Assembly (NCBI GenBank): GCA_002440745.1
Contig: DJVB01000008.1
Coordinates: 17,070-81,069 of the forward strand
Direction: 5' to 3'
Source: Bacteroidales bacterium UBA6267
GTDB lineage: Bacteria > Bacteroidota > Bacteroidia > Bacteroidales > UBA1556
Length of the DNA stretch: 64,000 nt
Within the stretch, counting starts at the first letter, position 1. Each line of letters begins with the position of its first letter. Shown piece after piece: positions 38,393 through 48,540 of this stretch. Both the position numbers and the translations under genes were made by a program. The notes below the pieces were generated by a model. It ran no database searches. It worked only from the letters and a program-made list of their open reading frames with translations, and was not told the origin of the DNA.

Positions 38393-40147
38393 ATGTACAG
38401 AACTCATAACTGCGGACAACTCCGCATCCAAGATAATGGTTTACAAGTCACTTTGAGTGGCTGGATTCATAAATCACGAGATTTGGGCGGCATGACTTTT
38501 ATTGATTTGCGTGACCGATATGGCATCACGCAATTGGTTTTCAATATGGATGTCAATAGTGATTTATGCGGTCAAGCTCGTAAATTAGGTCGTGAATTTG
38601 TAATCCAAATTTCCGGCGTTGTTGCTGAAAGAAGCAACAAAAATCCAAATCTTCCCACAGGAGAAGTAGAGATTTTAGTGGATTCTTTTCAAGTTTTGAA
38701 CAAATCGGAAGTTCCGCCATTTACTATCGAGGAAAACACAGATGGTGGCGAAGAATTGCGCATGAAATATCGCTATTTGGACTTAAGACGCGAACCGCTG
38801 AAACGTAATTTGTTATTGCGTCATAAATTATCACTTTTAGTACGCAACTTCTTGAGTAATAATGATTTTATTGAAGTTGAAACTCCTTATTTAATCAAAT
38901 CTACTCCTGAAGGAGCTCGCGATTTTGTGGTGCCTTCTCGTATGAACCCCGGACAATTTTATGCTTTACCACAGTCGCCACAAACCTTCAAGCAATTGTT
39001 GATGGTTTCGGGTTATGATCGTTATTTTCAATTGGTAAAATGCTTTCGTGACGAAGATTTACGTGCCGATAGACAGCCGGAGTTTACTCAAATTGATTGT
39101 GAAATGTCCTTTGTTGAAAGGGATGATGTTTTGAATGTTTTTGAAAGCATGACACGTCATCTTTTTAAGGAGATAAAAAATATCGAGTTAGAGGCTTTTC
39201 CACGAATGTCGTATGATGATGCGATGCGTTTTTATGGCTCAGATAAACCCGATATTCGTTTTGGGATGACCTTTGTAGAGCTGAATGAGATTGTTAAAAA
39301 TCAAGGGTTTAAGGTTTTTGATGATGCTGAACTTGTGGTTGGAATTAAGGTTGACGGAGCGGCAGATTACACCAGAAAGCAATTGGATCAGTTGACGGAT
39401 TTTGTAAAAAGGCCTCAGGTTGGAGCCACTGGTTTGGTTTATTTGCGCTTTAATGCGGATGGTAGTTTGAAATCTTCAGTGGATAAATTTTATAATGAAG
39501 ATCAATTGAAACTTTGGGTAGAAGCTTTTGAGGCTCAACCTAACGATTTGATGCTTATTCTTGCCGGTGAGGCTACAAAGACACGTAAGGCGCTGAATGA
39601 ATTGCGTTTAGAAATGGGAAATCAGCGTGGATTACGTAAAAAGAATGAGTATCGACCTCTTTGGGTTGTCGATTTTCCTTTGCTTGAATGGAATGAAGAA
39701 TCCGGTCGTTTTCATGCGATGCATCATCCATTTACCTCTCCAAAACTTGATGAGATCAATTTACTTGCAACAAATCCGGGCATAGTAAAAGCAAATGCTT
39801 ATGACTTAGTGATTAACGGTGTTGAGATTGGTGGCGGTAGTATCAGAATACATGATTCTGAATTGCAAGCCTCTATGTTTAAAACGCTTGGATTCACCGA
39901 GGAGGAAGCAAAAAATCAGTTTGGATTTTTGATGAATGCATTTAAATATGGTGCGCCACCACATGGCGGAATTGCCTTTGGTTTCGATCGTTTAGCTGCT
40001 ATCTTTGGAGGAAGCGACTCCATCAGAGACTATATCGCATTTCCAAAGAATAATCGCGGACAGGATTTGATGATTTCTTCACCTTCAGTTATTTCAGGTG
40101 AACAGTTGAATGAATTGGGTTTGATTATCGGTGAAGTTGATGCCTAA
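38393..40147 (+). CDS. aspS: Aspartate--tRNA ligase
   Basis: Class IIb motifs [42 protein letters not shown]. Bacterial-type insertion domain present. Confidence 0.9.
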   Translation: MYRTHNCGQLRIQDNGLQVTLSGWIHKSRDLGGMTFIDLRDRYGITQLVFNMDVNSDLCGQARKLGREFVIQISGVVAERSNKNPNLPTGEVEILVDSFQVLNKSEVPPFTIEENTDGGEELRMKYRYLDLRREPLKRNLLLRHKLSLLVRNFLSNNDFIEVETPYLIKSTPEGARDFVVPSRMNPGQFYALPQSPQTFKQLLMVSGYDRYFQLVKCFRDEDLRADRQPEFTQIDCEMSFVERDDVLNVFESMTRHLFKEIKNIELEAFPRMSYDDAMRFYGSDKPDIRFGMTFVELNEIVKNQGFKVFDDAELVVGIKVDGAADYTRKQLDQLTDFVKRPQVGATGLVYLRFNADGSLKSSVDKFYNEDQLKLWVEAFEAQPNDLMLILAGEATKTRKALNELRLEMGNQRGLRKKNEYRPLWVVDFPLLEWNEESGRFHAMHHPFTSPKLDEINLLATNPGIVKANAYDLVINGVEIGGGSIRIHDSELQASMFKTLGFTEEEAKNQFGFLMNAFKYGAPPHGGIAFGFDRLAAIFGGSDSIRDYIAFPKNNRGQDLMISSPSVISGEQLNELGLIIGEVDA

Positions 40148-40150
40148 TTA

Positions 40151-40789
40151 TTAAATGGCGTAATCTAAACTAACCTGCTTAATAATTTCCCTTTTATACG
40201 GAGCTAAACTGTTGATAAACAGTGAGGTTATTGGCTCATCAGGACGCATATAATAAATGGAGATGGCAAACCAATTGTTTTCCATTAGAACCATATTATT
40301 TAAGCCGTCTCTAAAAATTATTCTCTCCTGATTGACCTTTTCCTGTCCGTATTTTGTTTTTAAATTACTCCAGAAATTTGCAATTTCTTCACTATTATGC
40401 TGACTAATTACCTCTGTTTTGATTAGCATCAGCTTTTCGTTATAAAAATGAATTTGGCTTTTTATTCTCAAATCACTTTGTTTAAATTTCCAGAAAACTG
40501 ATACAGTTTTATTATCCCTAAACTTTAGATGGTATTCATATTTGAGCTTGTTTAATATCTTTTTGGCTTCATAAAACCTTGTTTGATTGATGCTAAAGTC
40601 GTAAGGAATTATATTGCGTGAGGATATTCTGTCTGTTAATCTGTTGGCATAAAGCTCATTATAAATCCCTCGTAAGCTAGGATAATCATTAATCAAATTG
40701 ATGGAATCGTAATACTCGTTCCTGATTTTTGAACGTTTTGGTTCTATAATTTGTTTAAAACGAAAGGTCGAAAATTGCTTCATATTCAA
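40151..40789 (-). CDS. Hypothetical cytoplasmic protein, no family recognised
   Basis: 212-aa ORF convergent with aspS (3-nt gap). No signal peptide, TM segment or known motif. TTG (40789) or ATG (40783) start. Confidence 0.4.
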   Translation of the reverse strand: MNMKQFSTFRFKQIIEPKRSKIRNEYYDSINLINDYPSLRGIYNELYANRLTDRISSRNIIPYDFSINQTRFYEAKKILNKLKYEYHLKFRDNKTVSVFWKFKQSDLRIKSQIHFYNEKLMLIKTEVISQHNSEEIANFWSNLKTKYGQEKVNQERIIFRDGLNNMVLMENNWFAISIYYMRPDEPITSLFINSLAPYKREIIKQVSLDYAI

Positions 40790-41051
40790 GTTAAATTATT
40801 GTCATTCCTGCAAGTCGTTTACAGGAATTATGATTAAAGGTTACAATAAAAATGAAATTATAATTAAAATTTCTGGTCGAATATAAGCAGACATTAAATT
40901 AGAAGTTTCAGGAACTAAGTATTATTTTCTTTAAAAGCCTAAAAATTAGCCTTAAAGAAAATTAAAAAAAAATAAAAGACCATATAGGATTAATACTAAA
41001 GGTGAGTTATTTTATTTTTTTCCAAATTTAGGAATGTCCAAATCAGAGATT

Positions 41052-41906
41052 TTATCTTGCAAAACCATCTACAGTGATAATGATGATTATGAAGAGGACA
41101 TAAATATTTATCTTCATGAAATAACTCATTGGTTTAAAGCTTGGTGCATTTAGTTTTAATAAATTCAAAAATGCAAATATGAGCCAAAAGGAGAGAATAA
41201 AAATTGCATAAGAAGCCGTTGAAGTGTCAACCACATTGAAAAGGGGCAACATAAGTGCAGCAATAGCTGTTGAAACAGTCCAAAGGAAAGTCACGCGTTT
41301 GATATGGTTTTCGGAGTAGAAACGGTGTAAACTCGGGTAACCTGCCGATTCATAATCTTGACCATATTTAAGCATAAGTAACCAAAAATGAGGTACTTGC
41401 CATATAAAAAAGAAGAAGGCCATGATTAGTGCTCTTGGGTCGGTGATTTCACCGCCACCGGCCACCCAGCCTACCAAAGGAGGAAGAGCGCCTATGACGG
41501 AGCCCGGAATAACAGCAAAAGGGGTTATTTTTTTTAATGGCGTATAGATGAAATTATACCAAACCAAAGCTGCTAAGCCAAGACTCATAGCCAACCAGCC
41601 GCTATTGATTAGGATTGTTGCCGAGCCTAAAAGCGAAAAGCCAAGTCCTAATAACAATGCTCCTGAAGGGCTTATCCTTCCGGATGGTATTGGACGTTTT
41701 GATGTCCGCTCCATAACTGCGTCAGTTTTGTATTCCTGATATTGATTGATAATTGCCGACCCGCAAGCCAAAACAAAAAGGCCTAAAACTGTCGCAATCA
41801 TATCGGTATTGAATTCATTTGCAGCCAAAACATATCCTGTGATGGTAGTCAGCATTACGGCAAAAGTTATTTTTATTTTGCTTAACTCAAGAATGGTCTT
41901 CAACAT
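41052..41906 (-). CDS. cyoE: Protoheme IX farnesyltransferase (heme O synthase)
   Basis: UbiA-family polytopic protein with NQYQEYKTDAVMERT and YTPLKKITP motifs. Lies 1 nt after the coxII stop. Confidence 0.85.
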   Translation of the reverse strand: MLKTILELSKIKITFAVMLTTITGYVLAANEFNTDMIATVLGLFVLACGSAIINQYQEYKTDAVMERTSKRPIPSGRISPSGALLLGLGFSLLGSATILINSGWLAMSLGLAALVWYNFIYTPLKKITPFAVIPGSVIGALPPLVGWVAGGGEITDPRALIMAFFFFIWQVPHFWLLMLKYGQDYESAGYPSLHRFYSENHIKRVTFLWTVSTAIAALMLPLFNVVDTSTASYAIFILSFWLIFAFLNLLKLNAPSFKPMSYFMKINIYVLFIIIIITVDGFAR

Positions 41907-41907
41907 G

Positions 41908-42822
41908 TTATTTCAAGGTTTTAATGTATTCAATCATTAGTTCTAACTCTTTCTGACTCAATTTGTCTTTATAAGCCGGCATTATATTGCTGTATCCTTT
42001 AACTACATCTGCAGCAGGGTCTTCAATTGATTTTATGATATAAAGTTCATCAGCAGTTACATTTTTGACAATTCCATTGGATTCAATTTCAGTGTTTCTT
42101 CCAAAAAGTCCTTTGAAACTTGGTCCTACCATTGCAGAGCCATCCACACTGTGGCAGCTCATACAAGCATTTTGTTTCATCAATGCTAAACCGGCTTCAG
42201 GCCCTTCTAATGAGTTTTGTGTTGTGTCGTTATACCATTTATCAAAATCTTTTTGCTCAATAACGTCCACCTTGCTAACCATATAGGAATGACGGTCGCC
42301 ACAATATTCGGCGCATAAAATATTATATGTTCCTATCTGTTGACCAATAAACCACATATAGTTAGTATCTCCGGGCATCAAATCTTCCTTTACACGGAAT
42401 GCAGGGATATAAAGACTATGAATAACATCCTCTGAAAGCAAGTCAAGTTTGACAGCTTTGTCGATTGGAATCACTAAAGTGTCTGTTTTCTTACCATTTT
42501 CATACTCAAAAGTCCACGACCACATTCTGCCTGTGGCTGTAATCTTCATGGCGTCTTCGGGAACTTTCCTCATGTCGGTATAGCCTGACCAGCCATAATA
42601 AAACATCACCAAAACCAAAATTGTTGGGACCACAGTCCAAAGAATTTCTAAACCAACATGGCCATGAATATCTTTAGCAACCGGATTTCTTTTATGATGA
42701 TAACGAACCATGAAATAAATCATCAAAGCGGTAAGTCCGATTAGAAAAAATAAGGAAATGCCGATGATTATGGCAAAGGTTAAATCGACATCGTTGGTAA
42801 AATTTGAAGCATTTGTAAACAT
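41908..42822 (-). CDS. coxB: Cytochrome c oxidase subunit II with fused C-terminal cytochrome c domain (caa3 type)
   Basis: Two N-terminal TM helices, CuA site CAEYCGDRHSYM, C-terminal heme c site CMSCH. Confidence 0.85.
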   Translation of the reverse strand: MFTNASNFTNDVDLTFAIIIGISLFFLIGLTALMIYFMVRYHHKRNPVAKDIHGHVGLEILWTVVPTILVLVMFYYGWSGYTDMRKVPEDAMKITATGRMWSWTFEYENGKKTDTLVIPIDKAVKLDLLSEDVIHSLYIPAFRVKEDLMPGDTNYMWFIGQQIGTYNILCAEYCGDRHSYMVSKVDVIEQKDFDKWYNDTTQNSLEGPEAGLALMKQNACMSCHSVDGSAMVGPSFKGLFGRNTEIESNGIVKNVTADELYIIKSIEDPAADVVKGYSNIMPAYKDKLSQKELELMIEYIKTLK

Positions 42823-42846
42823 AAATCTTTTTCAGTTTATTCGTTT

Positions 42847-43134
42847 CTATCTAAGAGCATAATCGATTCCGAGCAAGACTATAAAGCTCAGAAACAGCAA
42901 TATAACAATCCCAATAAATATTTTATAGATGATGTGGTCGTATTTTATGTGCATAAAATTTCGAACCACAAAAGTTGCCTTGATGGTGGCGATGAACATT
43001 GCTACCGAAACAGCCAAAACTGTTGTTCCTCCAGTAGCGTAACTTGCCCATATAGTGATGATAGTAAGCGCCATAAGGGCTGCAAATGTGATTAAATCAG
43101 ATTTATAGCTTGGACTATGTGAATGTTTGCTCAT
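42847..43134 (-). CDS. Cytochrome c oxidase subunit IV-like small membrane protein
   Basis: About 95 aa with three predicted TM helices directly after subunit III. The internal ATG (MSKHSH) is preferred, because the track start at 43185 overlaps subunit III. Confidence 0.55.
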   Translation of the reverse strand: MSKHSHSPSYKSDLITFAALMALTIITIWASYATGGTTVLAVSVAMFIATIKATFVVRNFMHIKYDHIIYKIFIGIVILLFLSFIVLLGIDYALR

Positions 43135-43145
43135 AATATTTCGTA

Positions 43146-43766
43146 TTAATGGAGTAAATAAAATAGTGGGAACAGGTAAATCCATATTAAATCAACCAAA
43201 TGCCAGTATAAGCCGCCATTTTCGTGAAAAGTATAATTGTCCTTGGTAATTTTTCCGTTGATGATTTTTGCAATGACTATTGCTAAGATGATTGCACCAA
43301 CAACCACATGTAAACCATGCAATCCGGTCATAAAGTAGTAGAGAAAAAGGAACATTCCTTCGCCATGCTGAAGATTATTAAATAGGTCAGCGCCCATCAC
43401 AAGGCCATGATGGATATGTTCATTCCATTCAAAAAACTTATTTACCATAAAGGCTAATGCTAAAGCAATGGTGATGAAAAGCAATAATACTGCAATATTA
43501 TCTTGGTCTTTCTTCATGGCAGTAATGGAGAGTGCAACCGTTAGACTTGAAGTAATTAGTATTACTGTGTTAGCTGCACCAAGTGTGATGTCCATGTGCT
43601 CAGCAATAATCCTAAACTCTTCAAAATACTTAAAGCGATAGATTGCATAAACTAAAAACAAGCCTCCGAATAAAAGAATTTCAGTAAATAGGAAGAGCCA
43701 CATTCCAAGCTTACTTCCTTCATCGTCTCGGTTATGACCGGAGATTGGTACTTTATAATATCCCAT
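43146..43766 (-). CDS. Cytochrome c oxidase subunit III
   Basis: Five-helix short subunit III look (GMWLFLFTEILLFGGLF, HGLHVVVG, YWHLVDLIW). Confidence 0.8.
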   Translation of the reverse strand: MGYYKVPISGHNRDDEGSKLGMWLFLFTEILLFGGLFLVYAIYRFKYFEEFRIIAEHMDITLGAANTVILITSSLTVALSITAMKKDQDNIAVLLLFITIALALAFMVNKFFEWNEHIHHGLVMGADLFNNLQHGEGMFLFLYYFMTGLHGLHVVVGAIILAIVIAKIINGKITKDNYTFHENGGLYWHLVDLIWIYLFPLFYLLH

Positions 43767-43769
43767 AAT

Positions 43770-45416
43770 CTAGTGGTCTAAAGGTTTTTGTTCAACTTCA
43801 TTTATTTTCTCAAGTAGCGAAAAATCGTAAGGGCCATTTTCTGACAGGATAAAAGGTCTGTCGAAATTGTGCAATGGAGGAGGAGAAGGCACTTGCCACT
43901 CTAATGTTACCCCATTCCATGGATTTCTGGGTGCTATTTCGCCTTTTCTTGCCGACCGTATTAAATTGTAAATCATCAATAGAATGCCTAAGATTAGAAT
44001 CCATGAGCCTACGGTTGCAACTTTATTCAAAAACTCAAACTGAGGTAAATAATCATAATATCTTCTTGGCATTCCTTTTACGCCAACAGTAAGCATGGCA
44101 CCATATAAGATATTGAATCCAACGAATGTAAATCCTAAGGCCCAATAAGCTAATTTTTGATTATACATCCTGCCCCAAATTTTTGGGAACCAATAATGCA
44201 GTGCACCTAAGAAAACGAATATGGTTCCTCCAAACATGGTATAATGGAAATGGGCAACAATATAAGTCGTGTCGTGAACATGTACATCGGCAGCTAAAGC
44301 ACCATTGATTAATCCCGTTAATCCACCAATGAGAAAGTTGAAAATGAAGGCTGTGGACCAAAGTAAATTTGGTGTGATATAAATGGAGCCTTTATAAAGT
44401 GTTGCTATCCAGTTGAAAACTTTAATAGCTGTCGGAATAGCGACTAAGAAGGTTATAAATGAAAATACAACCCGCGCTTCATCGCTCATCCCCGATGTAA
44501 ACATGTGATGCCCCCAAACGAAATATCCTAAGAAAGCAATTGCCATAGATGAAAGAGCGATGGCTTTATAGCCAAAAATTGTCCGTTGTGCAGAAGTGGG
44601 AATTACTTCAGAAACGATACCCATTGCAGGCAGAATCATTACATAAACCACCGGATGGGAATAAATCCAAAACAAATGCTGGTATAAAACCGGATCTCCA
44701 CCGAGAGCAGGGTCGAAAAGTCCGATTCCAAAGGTGCGTTCCATTACTACCATGAGCAGGGTAATTCCTACAATTGGAGTTGCTAAAAGCTGAATCCAGG
44801 CGGTTGCGTATAAACCCCATGCAAAAAGTGGCATTTTAAACCATGGCATTTGAGGTGCACGAAGTCGATGTATGGTTACGATGAAATTTAAACCTGTCAG
44901 AATACTCGAAAAACCAAGAACAAATGCAGCTAAGAGAAGCATCGAAACATTGGTATCGGAGGTAACGGAATAAGGCGCGTAAAATGTCCAGCCGGTGTCG
45001 GCAGGGCCATTTCCAAACATCAAAGTGCCAAGTGCCATCAATGCTCCAATAATGTAAAGCCACCACGAAAACAAGTTAAGACGGGGTAAAGCTACATCGT
45101 CTGTCCCAATCATTATTGGCAGAAAAAAGTTCCCGAAAACCGCCGGAATGCTGGGGATTATCACCAAGAAAATCATGATTACACCATGGAAGGTGAAAAC
45201 CTGATTATAGGTTCTGGGATCCATAACCTGACCGCCGGGAGAAAAAAGCTCTAACCGCATTAGGAAACCTAAAGCTACTCCGACAAGAAAAAATAACGAA
45301 ATTGAGTAAAGGTAGAGAAGTGCGATTCGTTTGTGGTCCAAGGTGAAAATCCATGAAAACAAACCTCGTTTGGCTTCATAGAAGTTCAGATTGCTATCGA
45401 TTGCGTGACTGTCCAT
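43770..45416 (-). CDS. ctaD: Cytochrome c oxidase subunit I
   Basis: Heme-copper oxidase signatures WFFGHP-type region (LFWIYSHPVVY), HHMF, VHDTYIVAHFHY. 548 aa. Confidence 0.9.
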   Translation of the reverse strand: MDSHAIDSNLNFYEAKRGLFSWIFTLDHKRIALLYLYSISLFFLVGVALGFLMRLELFSPGGQVMDPRTYNQVFTFHGVIMIFLVIIPSIPAVFGNFFLPIMIGTDDVALPRLNLFSWWLYIIGALMALGTLMFGNGPADTGWTFYAPYSVTSDTNVSMLLLAAFVLGFSSILTGLNFIVTIHRLRAPQMPWFKMPLFAWGLYATAWIQLLATPIVGITLLMVVMERTFGIGLFDPALGGDPVLYQHLFWIYSHPVVYVMILPAMGIVSEVIPTSAQRTIFGYKAIALSSMAIAFLGYFVWGHHMFTSGMSDEARVVFSFITFLVAIPTAIKVFNWIATLYKGSIYITPNLLWSTAFIFNFLIGGLTGLINGALAADVHVHDTTYIVAHFHYTMFGGTIFVFLGALHYWFPKIWGRMYNQKLAYWALGFTFVGFNILYGAMLTVGVKGMPRRYYDYLPQFEFLNKVATVGSWILILGILLMIYNLIRSARKGEIAPRNPWNGVTLEWQVPSPPPLHNFDRPFILSENGPYDFSLLEKINEVEQKPLDH

Positions 45417-45420
45417 AAGT

Positions 45421-46236
45421 TTAATTTATTTGGTTTTTTTGGATGTTTTTCTTCCGTTTTCTTTCTAAAATAATCATCGAAGATAACAGTAAGGCCGCTA
45501 AGAAAATAATCGCACTTCCTGCTACTTTGGTGATATTGAAGACGTATTTTTTTCCTTCAGGATCATAAGAAAAGCAATAGTTTAGTACTTTGTTGATGGT
45601 AGGGCCTGAACGTCCTTCAGCAGCTTCAATCAACGCCAACTTGAGATCGAACGGATTATAATATTCTCCATTTAAATAACGTGTGATTTTCCTCTCAGGG
45701 CTGAGCACGATTAAGGCTCCGGGATGGATATATTGATCGCCTACTTTTTTAACCTTAAACCCTGTTTGATTTAAAAGACGGGCAATATTTGCCGAGTCGC
45801 CGGTTAGAAAACGCCAACCATGCTCAACATCCTGCGAGGCATTTATTTTTGCATAGTGATTCTTCTTTTCCGATGCTACTTCATAGTTTTCGGCTGGTGC
45901 AAAACTTACCGTCAGCACATCGTATTCGGTGCCTAAAACCATTTCCGTTTGTTTTACTGCGTCCGAAACGCCGTTCATTAAAATGGTGCAAATCCCCGGA
46001 CATTTGTAGTAAACCAAACTAAGAGCGGTGGGTTTTTTAACCAACTCATCCAATCGAACCGGATTTCCTTTTTCATCGAAAAGAATAATGTCGCCATCAA
46101 CGACACTGTTCAACTGTTCGTAAATACCCAATTCTTGTGAGGGTTCTTCTTGCTTTGGAACTTGATATTGTCCGACAGATATTTGCCAGATAATCAATAA
46201 ATTGAAAGTTAAAAAGGTCTGTAAAATTCGTCTCAT
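45421..46236 (-). CDS. SCO/SenC-family copper chaperone with C-terminal TM anchor
   Basis: Thioredoxin-fold CPGICTILMNG (CxxxC) and a downstream His, as expected for SCO. First gene of the oxidase operon. Confidence 0.75.
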   Translation of the reverse strand: MRRILQTFLTFNLLIIWQISVGQYQVPKQEEPSQELGIYEQLNSVVDGDIILFDEKGNPVRLDELVKKPTALSLVYYKCPGICTILMNGVSDAVKQTEMVLGTEYDVLTVSFAPAENYEVASEKKNHYAKINASQDVEHGWRFLTGDSANIARLLNQTGFKVKKVGDQYIHPGALIVLSPERKITRYLNGEYYNPFDLKLALIEAAEGRSGPTINKVLNYCFSYDPEGKKYVFNITKVAGSAIIFLAALLLSSMIILERKRKKNIQKNQIN

Positions 46237-46261
46237 TACTGTAAATCTTAAATGCTGGGCG

Positions 46262-46269
46262 CAAAAATA
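46262..46269 (-). promoter_or_regulatory. Candidate -7 promoter box (TATTTTTG on minus strand) for the SCO-oxidase operon
   Basis: Exact TAnnTTTG match 26 nt upstream of the SCO ATG (46236). Confidence 0.4.
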
Positions 46270-46447
46270 GATGGTAAGCGTGTGATTAACAGAATGATAA
46301 AAATTATATAAGGAAAGCGTATATTATTATTTAGAAGAAATGTAAATAGTAATCTATTGTTAATAAATAACTTAGGAATTGAATTTTTAATTAGACTCTT
46401 TTGTCTTATGTGTTATTTATCATAAAAAATGGAGGAAAAGAAGGAAA

Positions 46448-46981
46448 TCAAGGCCTTTGAAAAAAGCTAAAATTGACTTTACTATAGTTACGATGGTCGT
46501 AATACCATTGGTGATTAGAAAAATTATAGGTGGCCGGATGTTCTAAAATTAATATTCCTCCTTCTTCTAAAAGTTCCTGATTAACAATTACTTCCGGTAA
46601 TGTTTCCAAAAGTTTGAGATCGTAAGGAGGATCGGCAAAAATGACATCATATTTTGTTTTACAGGTTTTTAGGAACGCGAAAACATCCGACTTAAAAACT
46701 TTTATGGGGAGGTTAAGTTCGAGAGATATTTGTTTGATAAACTGGGTGCATTTGAAATCGGCATCGACCGAATGTATCAGTTGGGCTTCTCTTGAAGCAA
46801 ATTCATAACTGATATTCCCTGTTCCGGCAAAAAGATCCAAAACTTTAATGCCTTCAAAATCAATTTGATTCATAAGAATATTGAAAAGCGATTCCTTTGC
46901 TTTGTCGGTTGTAGGTCGCACAGGGAGATTTTTTGGAGGGTTGATTGGCCTTCCTTTGAAATTACCACTTATTATTCTCAT
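46448..46981 (-). CDS. rsmD: 16S rRNA (guanine966-N2)-methyltransferase
   Basis: MRIISG..RPTTDKAKESLFNIL, SAM motif DLFAGTGNIS, catalytic FADPPY. Confidence 0.85.
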   Translation of the reverse strand: MRIISGNFKGRPINPPKNLPVRPTTDKAKESLFNILMNQIDFEGIKVLDLFAGTGNISYEFASREAQLIHSVDADFKCTQFIKQISLELNLPIKVFKSDVFAFLKTCKTKYDVIFADPPYDLKLLETLPEVIVNQELLEEGGILILEHPATYNFSNHQWYYDHRNYSKVNFSFFQRP

Positions 46982-47760
46982 GAATTGATTTGCCTGATTA
47001 AATGATGAAATCCATAGAAGATTTTATCTGAATAATCGTGGTGGAAACGGATATTGGTTATGTATTTTTTCAGGAGGCTATACATGGGGCTGTCGTCTGC
47101 TACATTTCCTGAAAGGTTTAAAATAAGGGACTTTGAGTCAAAATCGAGGTTTTTAATAATTCCAAGGCTGTAAAAACCAAATTCGTTGATGTCGGAAAAA
47201 CTGTAGCTATTTATCAGTTTAAGTTCTCCATCTTGAAACATGGAAGCATAAAAGAAACCTTCTTGAATATCGAGGTTGACAATTTGAGGGGCTTCAGATT
47301 TTAATTCAATCGATTGCAATAGAAATAATTGGGCGGCATGGTAAAATGAAGCGAAAGGAAGATTTAATGTTTTTTTCCTTTTCAAATCTTTGTCAACAAG
47401 AAAGAGAAAATGAAAAGCCGGAAGATGATTGCTTATTTCGACTTCAAAGTCTTCGGTTTTAAAAAGCGAGTTTGCCAATTCATCTTTGTTGATGAGGTTC
47501 AAATGGTCAGGAGGAAATACGGAGAAAAATGGACTATTGATAACCACCTTTTTCTTACTCAGCGGAAAGGTTTTCAGATATCCAAAAACCATTTCATTAA
47601 TGCTGGAAACTCTTTTATAAATTTGTATGGCGGGTAGTGTTTCTTCCGAAAAAAACAAAATCGTTATGCCCGATTTAGTATCAAGCATAACGATTGTGTT
47701 GTTGGCATTGTCTGCCGGAACTTGTCCTAAAAAATTGGTTGGATTGAAATCAGCGATCAT
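46978..47760 (-). CDS. DUF3822-like protein
   Basis: About 260-aa protein, 4-nt overlap (ATGA) with rsmD. The assignment rests on size, context and general resemblance. An internal start (MIADF) avoids overlap with the upstream gene. The track start is 47796. Confidence 0.45.
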   Translation of the reverse strand: MIADFNPTNFLGQVPADNANNTIVMLDTKSGITILFFSEETLPAIQIYKRVSSINEMVFGYLKTFPLSKKKVVINSPFFSVFPPDHLNLINKDELANSLFKTEDFEVEISNHLPAFHFLFLVDKDLKRKKTLNLPFASFYHAAQLFLLQSIELKSEAPQIVNLDIQEGFFYASMFQDGELKLINSYSFSDINEFGFYSLGIIKNLDFDSKSLILNLSGNVADDSPMYSLLKKYITNIRFHHDYSDKIFYGFHHLIRQINS

Positions 47761-47764
47761 AGGT

Positions 47765-48391
47765 TTATTGCCAGTTTCCATCTGTGCTGGGTTCATCCAT
47801 GCTACCTAATCTCAAACCGGGGAATTTGTCATCCTCAGTTAAAATGATGATTTCATTTTCCAGTAAATCTTTTTCTTTGATATCTTTTAGATAATCTTCC
47901 ATTTTGCAGGTAACCTGAAAGACCGGAACCATAAAATTAGCTTTATCCACCATTCCGGCTTCCATCATAAACTTAACTTCTCCATTTGTAAATGGCACAA
48001 TATCAATGGTTTCAATGTTGAAGTTCTCCTCATTCTGAAACAGTGTATCTTTGATAGCAACATAGCTTGTGTCACGCTTGATAAGATTTAATTCAAGAGC
48101 TTTTTCTTCTGTCAAAGTATCGTTGGTACCCTCTTTCAAAACTACAGGCATAGTGCCGTTTAGGTAGAAATCTTTAAGCGTGTCGAAAGATGCAGTGTAA
48201 CGGCCATTGATGATTTTATACTCAATTTGCAGTTCTTTGATAAGCATCAGTTTGTTCTTAATAATTTCTTCTCTGTCTTTTTTAACCTGCTCATATCTAA
48301 CAGGTTCCATTATTGAATTGTAAAGCATGTAAGCCAAGCCGATAACAACAATCACCAGCGCAATCTGAATAATAAGTCTTAACCCTTTCAT
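47765..48391 (-). CDS. Hypothetical N-terminally membrane-anchored protein
   Basis: Single N-terminal TM helix LIIQIALVIVVIGLAYMLY, then a soluble domain with no recognised family. Confidence 0.4.
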   Translation of the reverse strand: MKGLRLIIQIALVIVVIGLAYMLYNSIMEPVRYEQVKKDREEIIKNKLMLIKELQIEYKIINGRYTASFDTLKDFYLNGTMPVVLKEGTNDTLTEEKALELNLIKRDTSYVAIKDTLFQNEENFNIETIDIVPFTNGEVKFMMEAGMVDKANFMVPVFQVTCKMEDYLKDIKEKDLLENEIIILTEDDKFPGLRLGSMDEPSTDGNWQ

Positions 48392-48540
48392 GGTGTTAAA
48401 TTTTATAAGTTAATTATGGTATAAACGTTTAAAAATCTTCAATAGTGCATCGGTTTCCCGAATGCTGCAAAAATAAAATATTAAATCACATCAGGAAGTT
48501 AATTTTTGAATAAATTAAGGTTTAGGAATGGAATGGTCAG

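Noticed and set aside
40920-40960. Apparent palindrome TTCTTTAA..TTAAAGAA as a terminator for the oxidase operon
   Set aside because: The inner part is a direct repeat (AGCCT..AGCCT), not an inverted one, so only the 8-bp AT-only outer arms pair. That is too weak to call a terminator.
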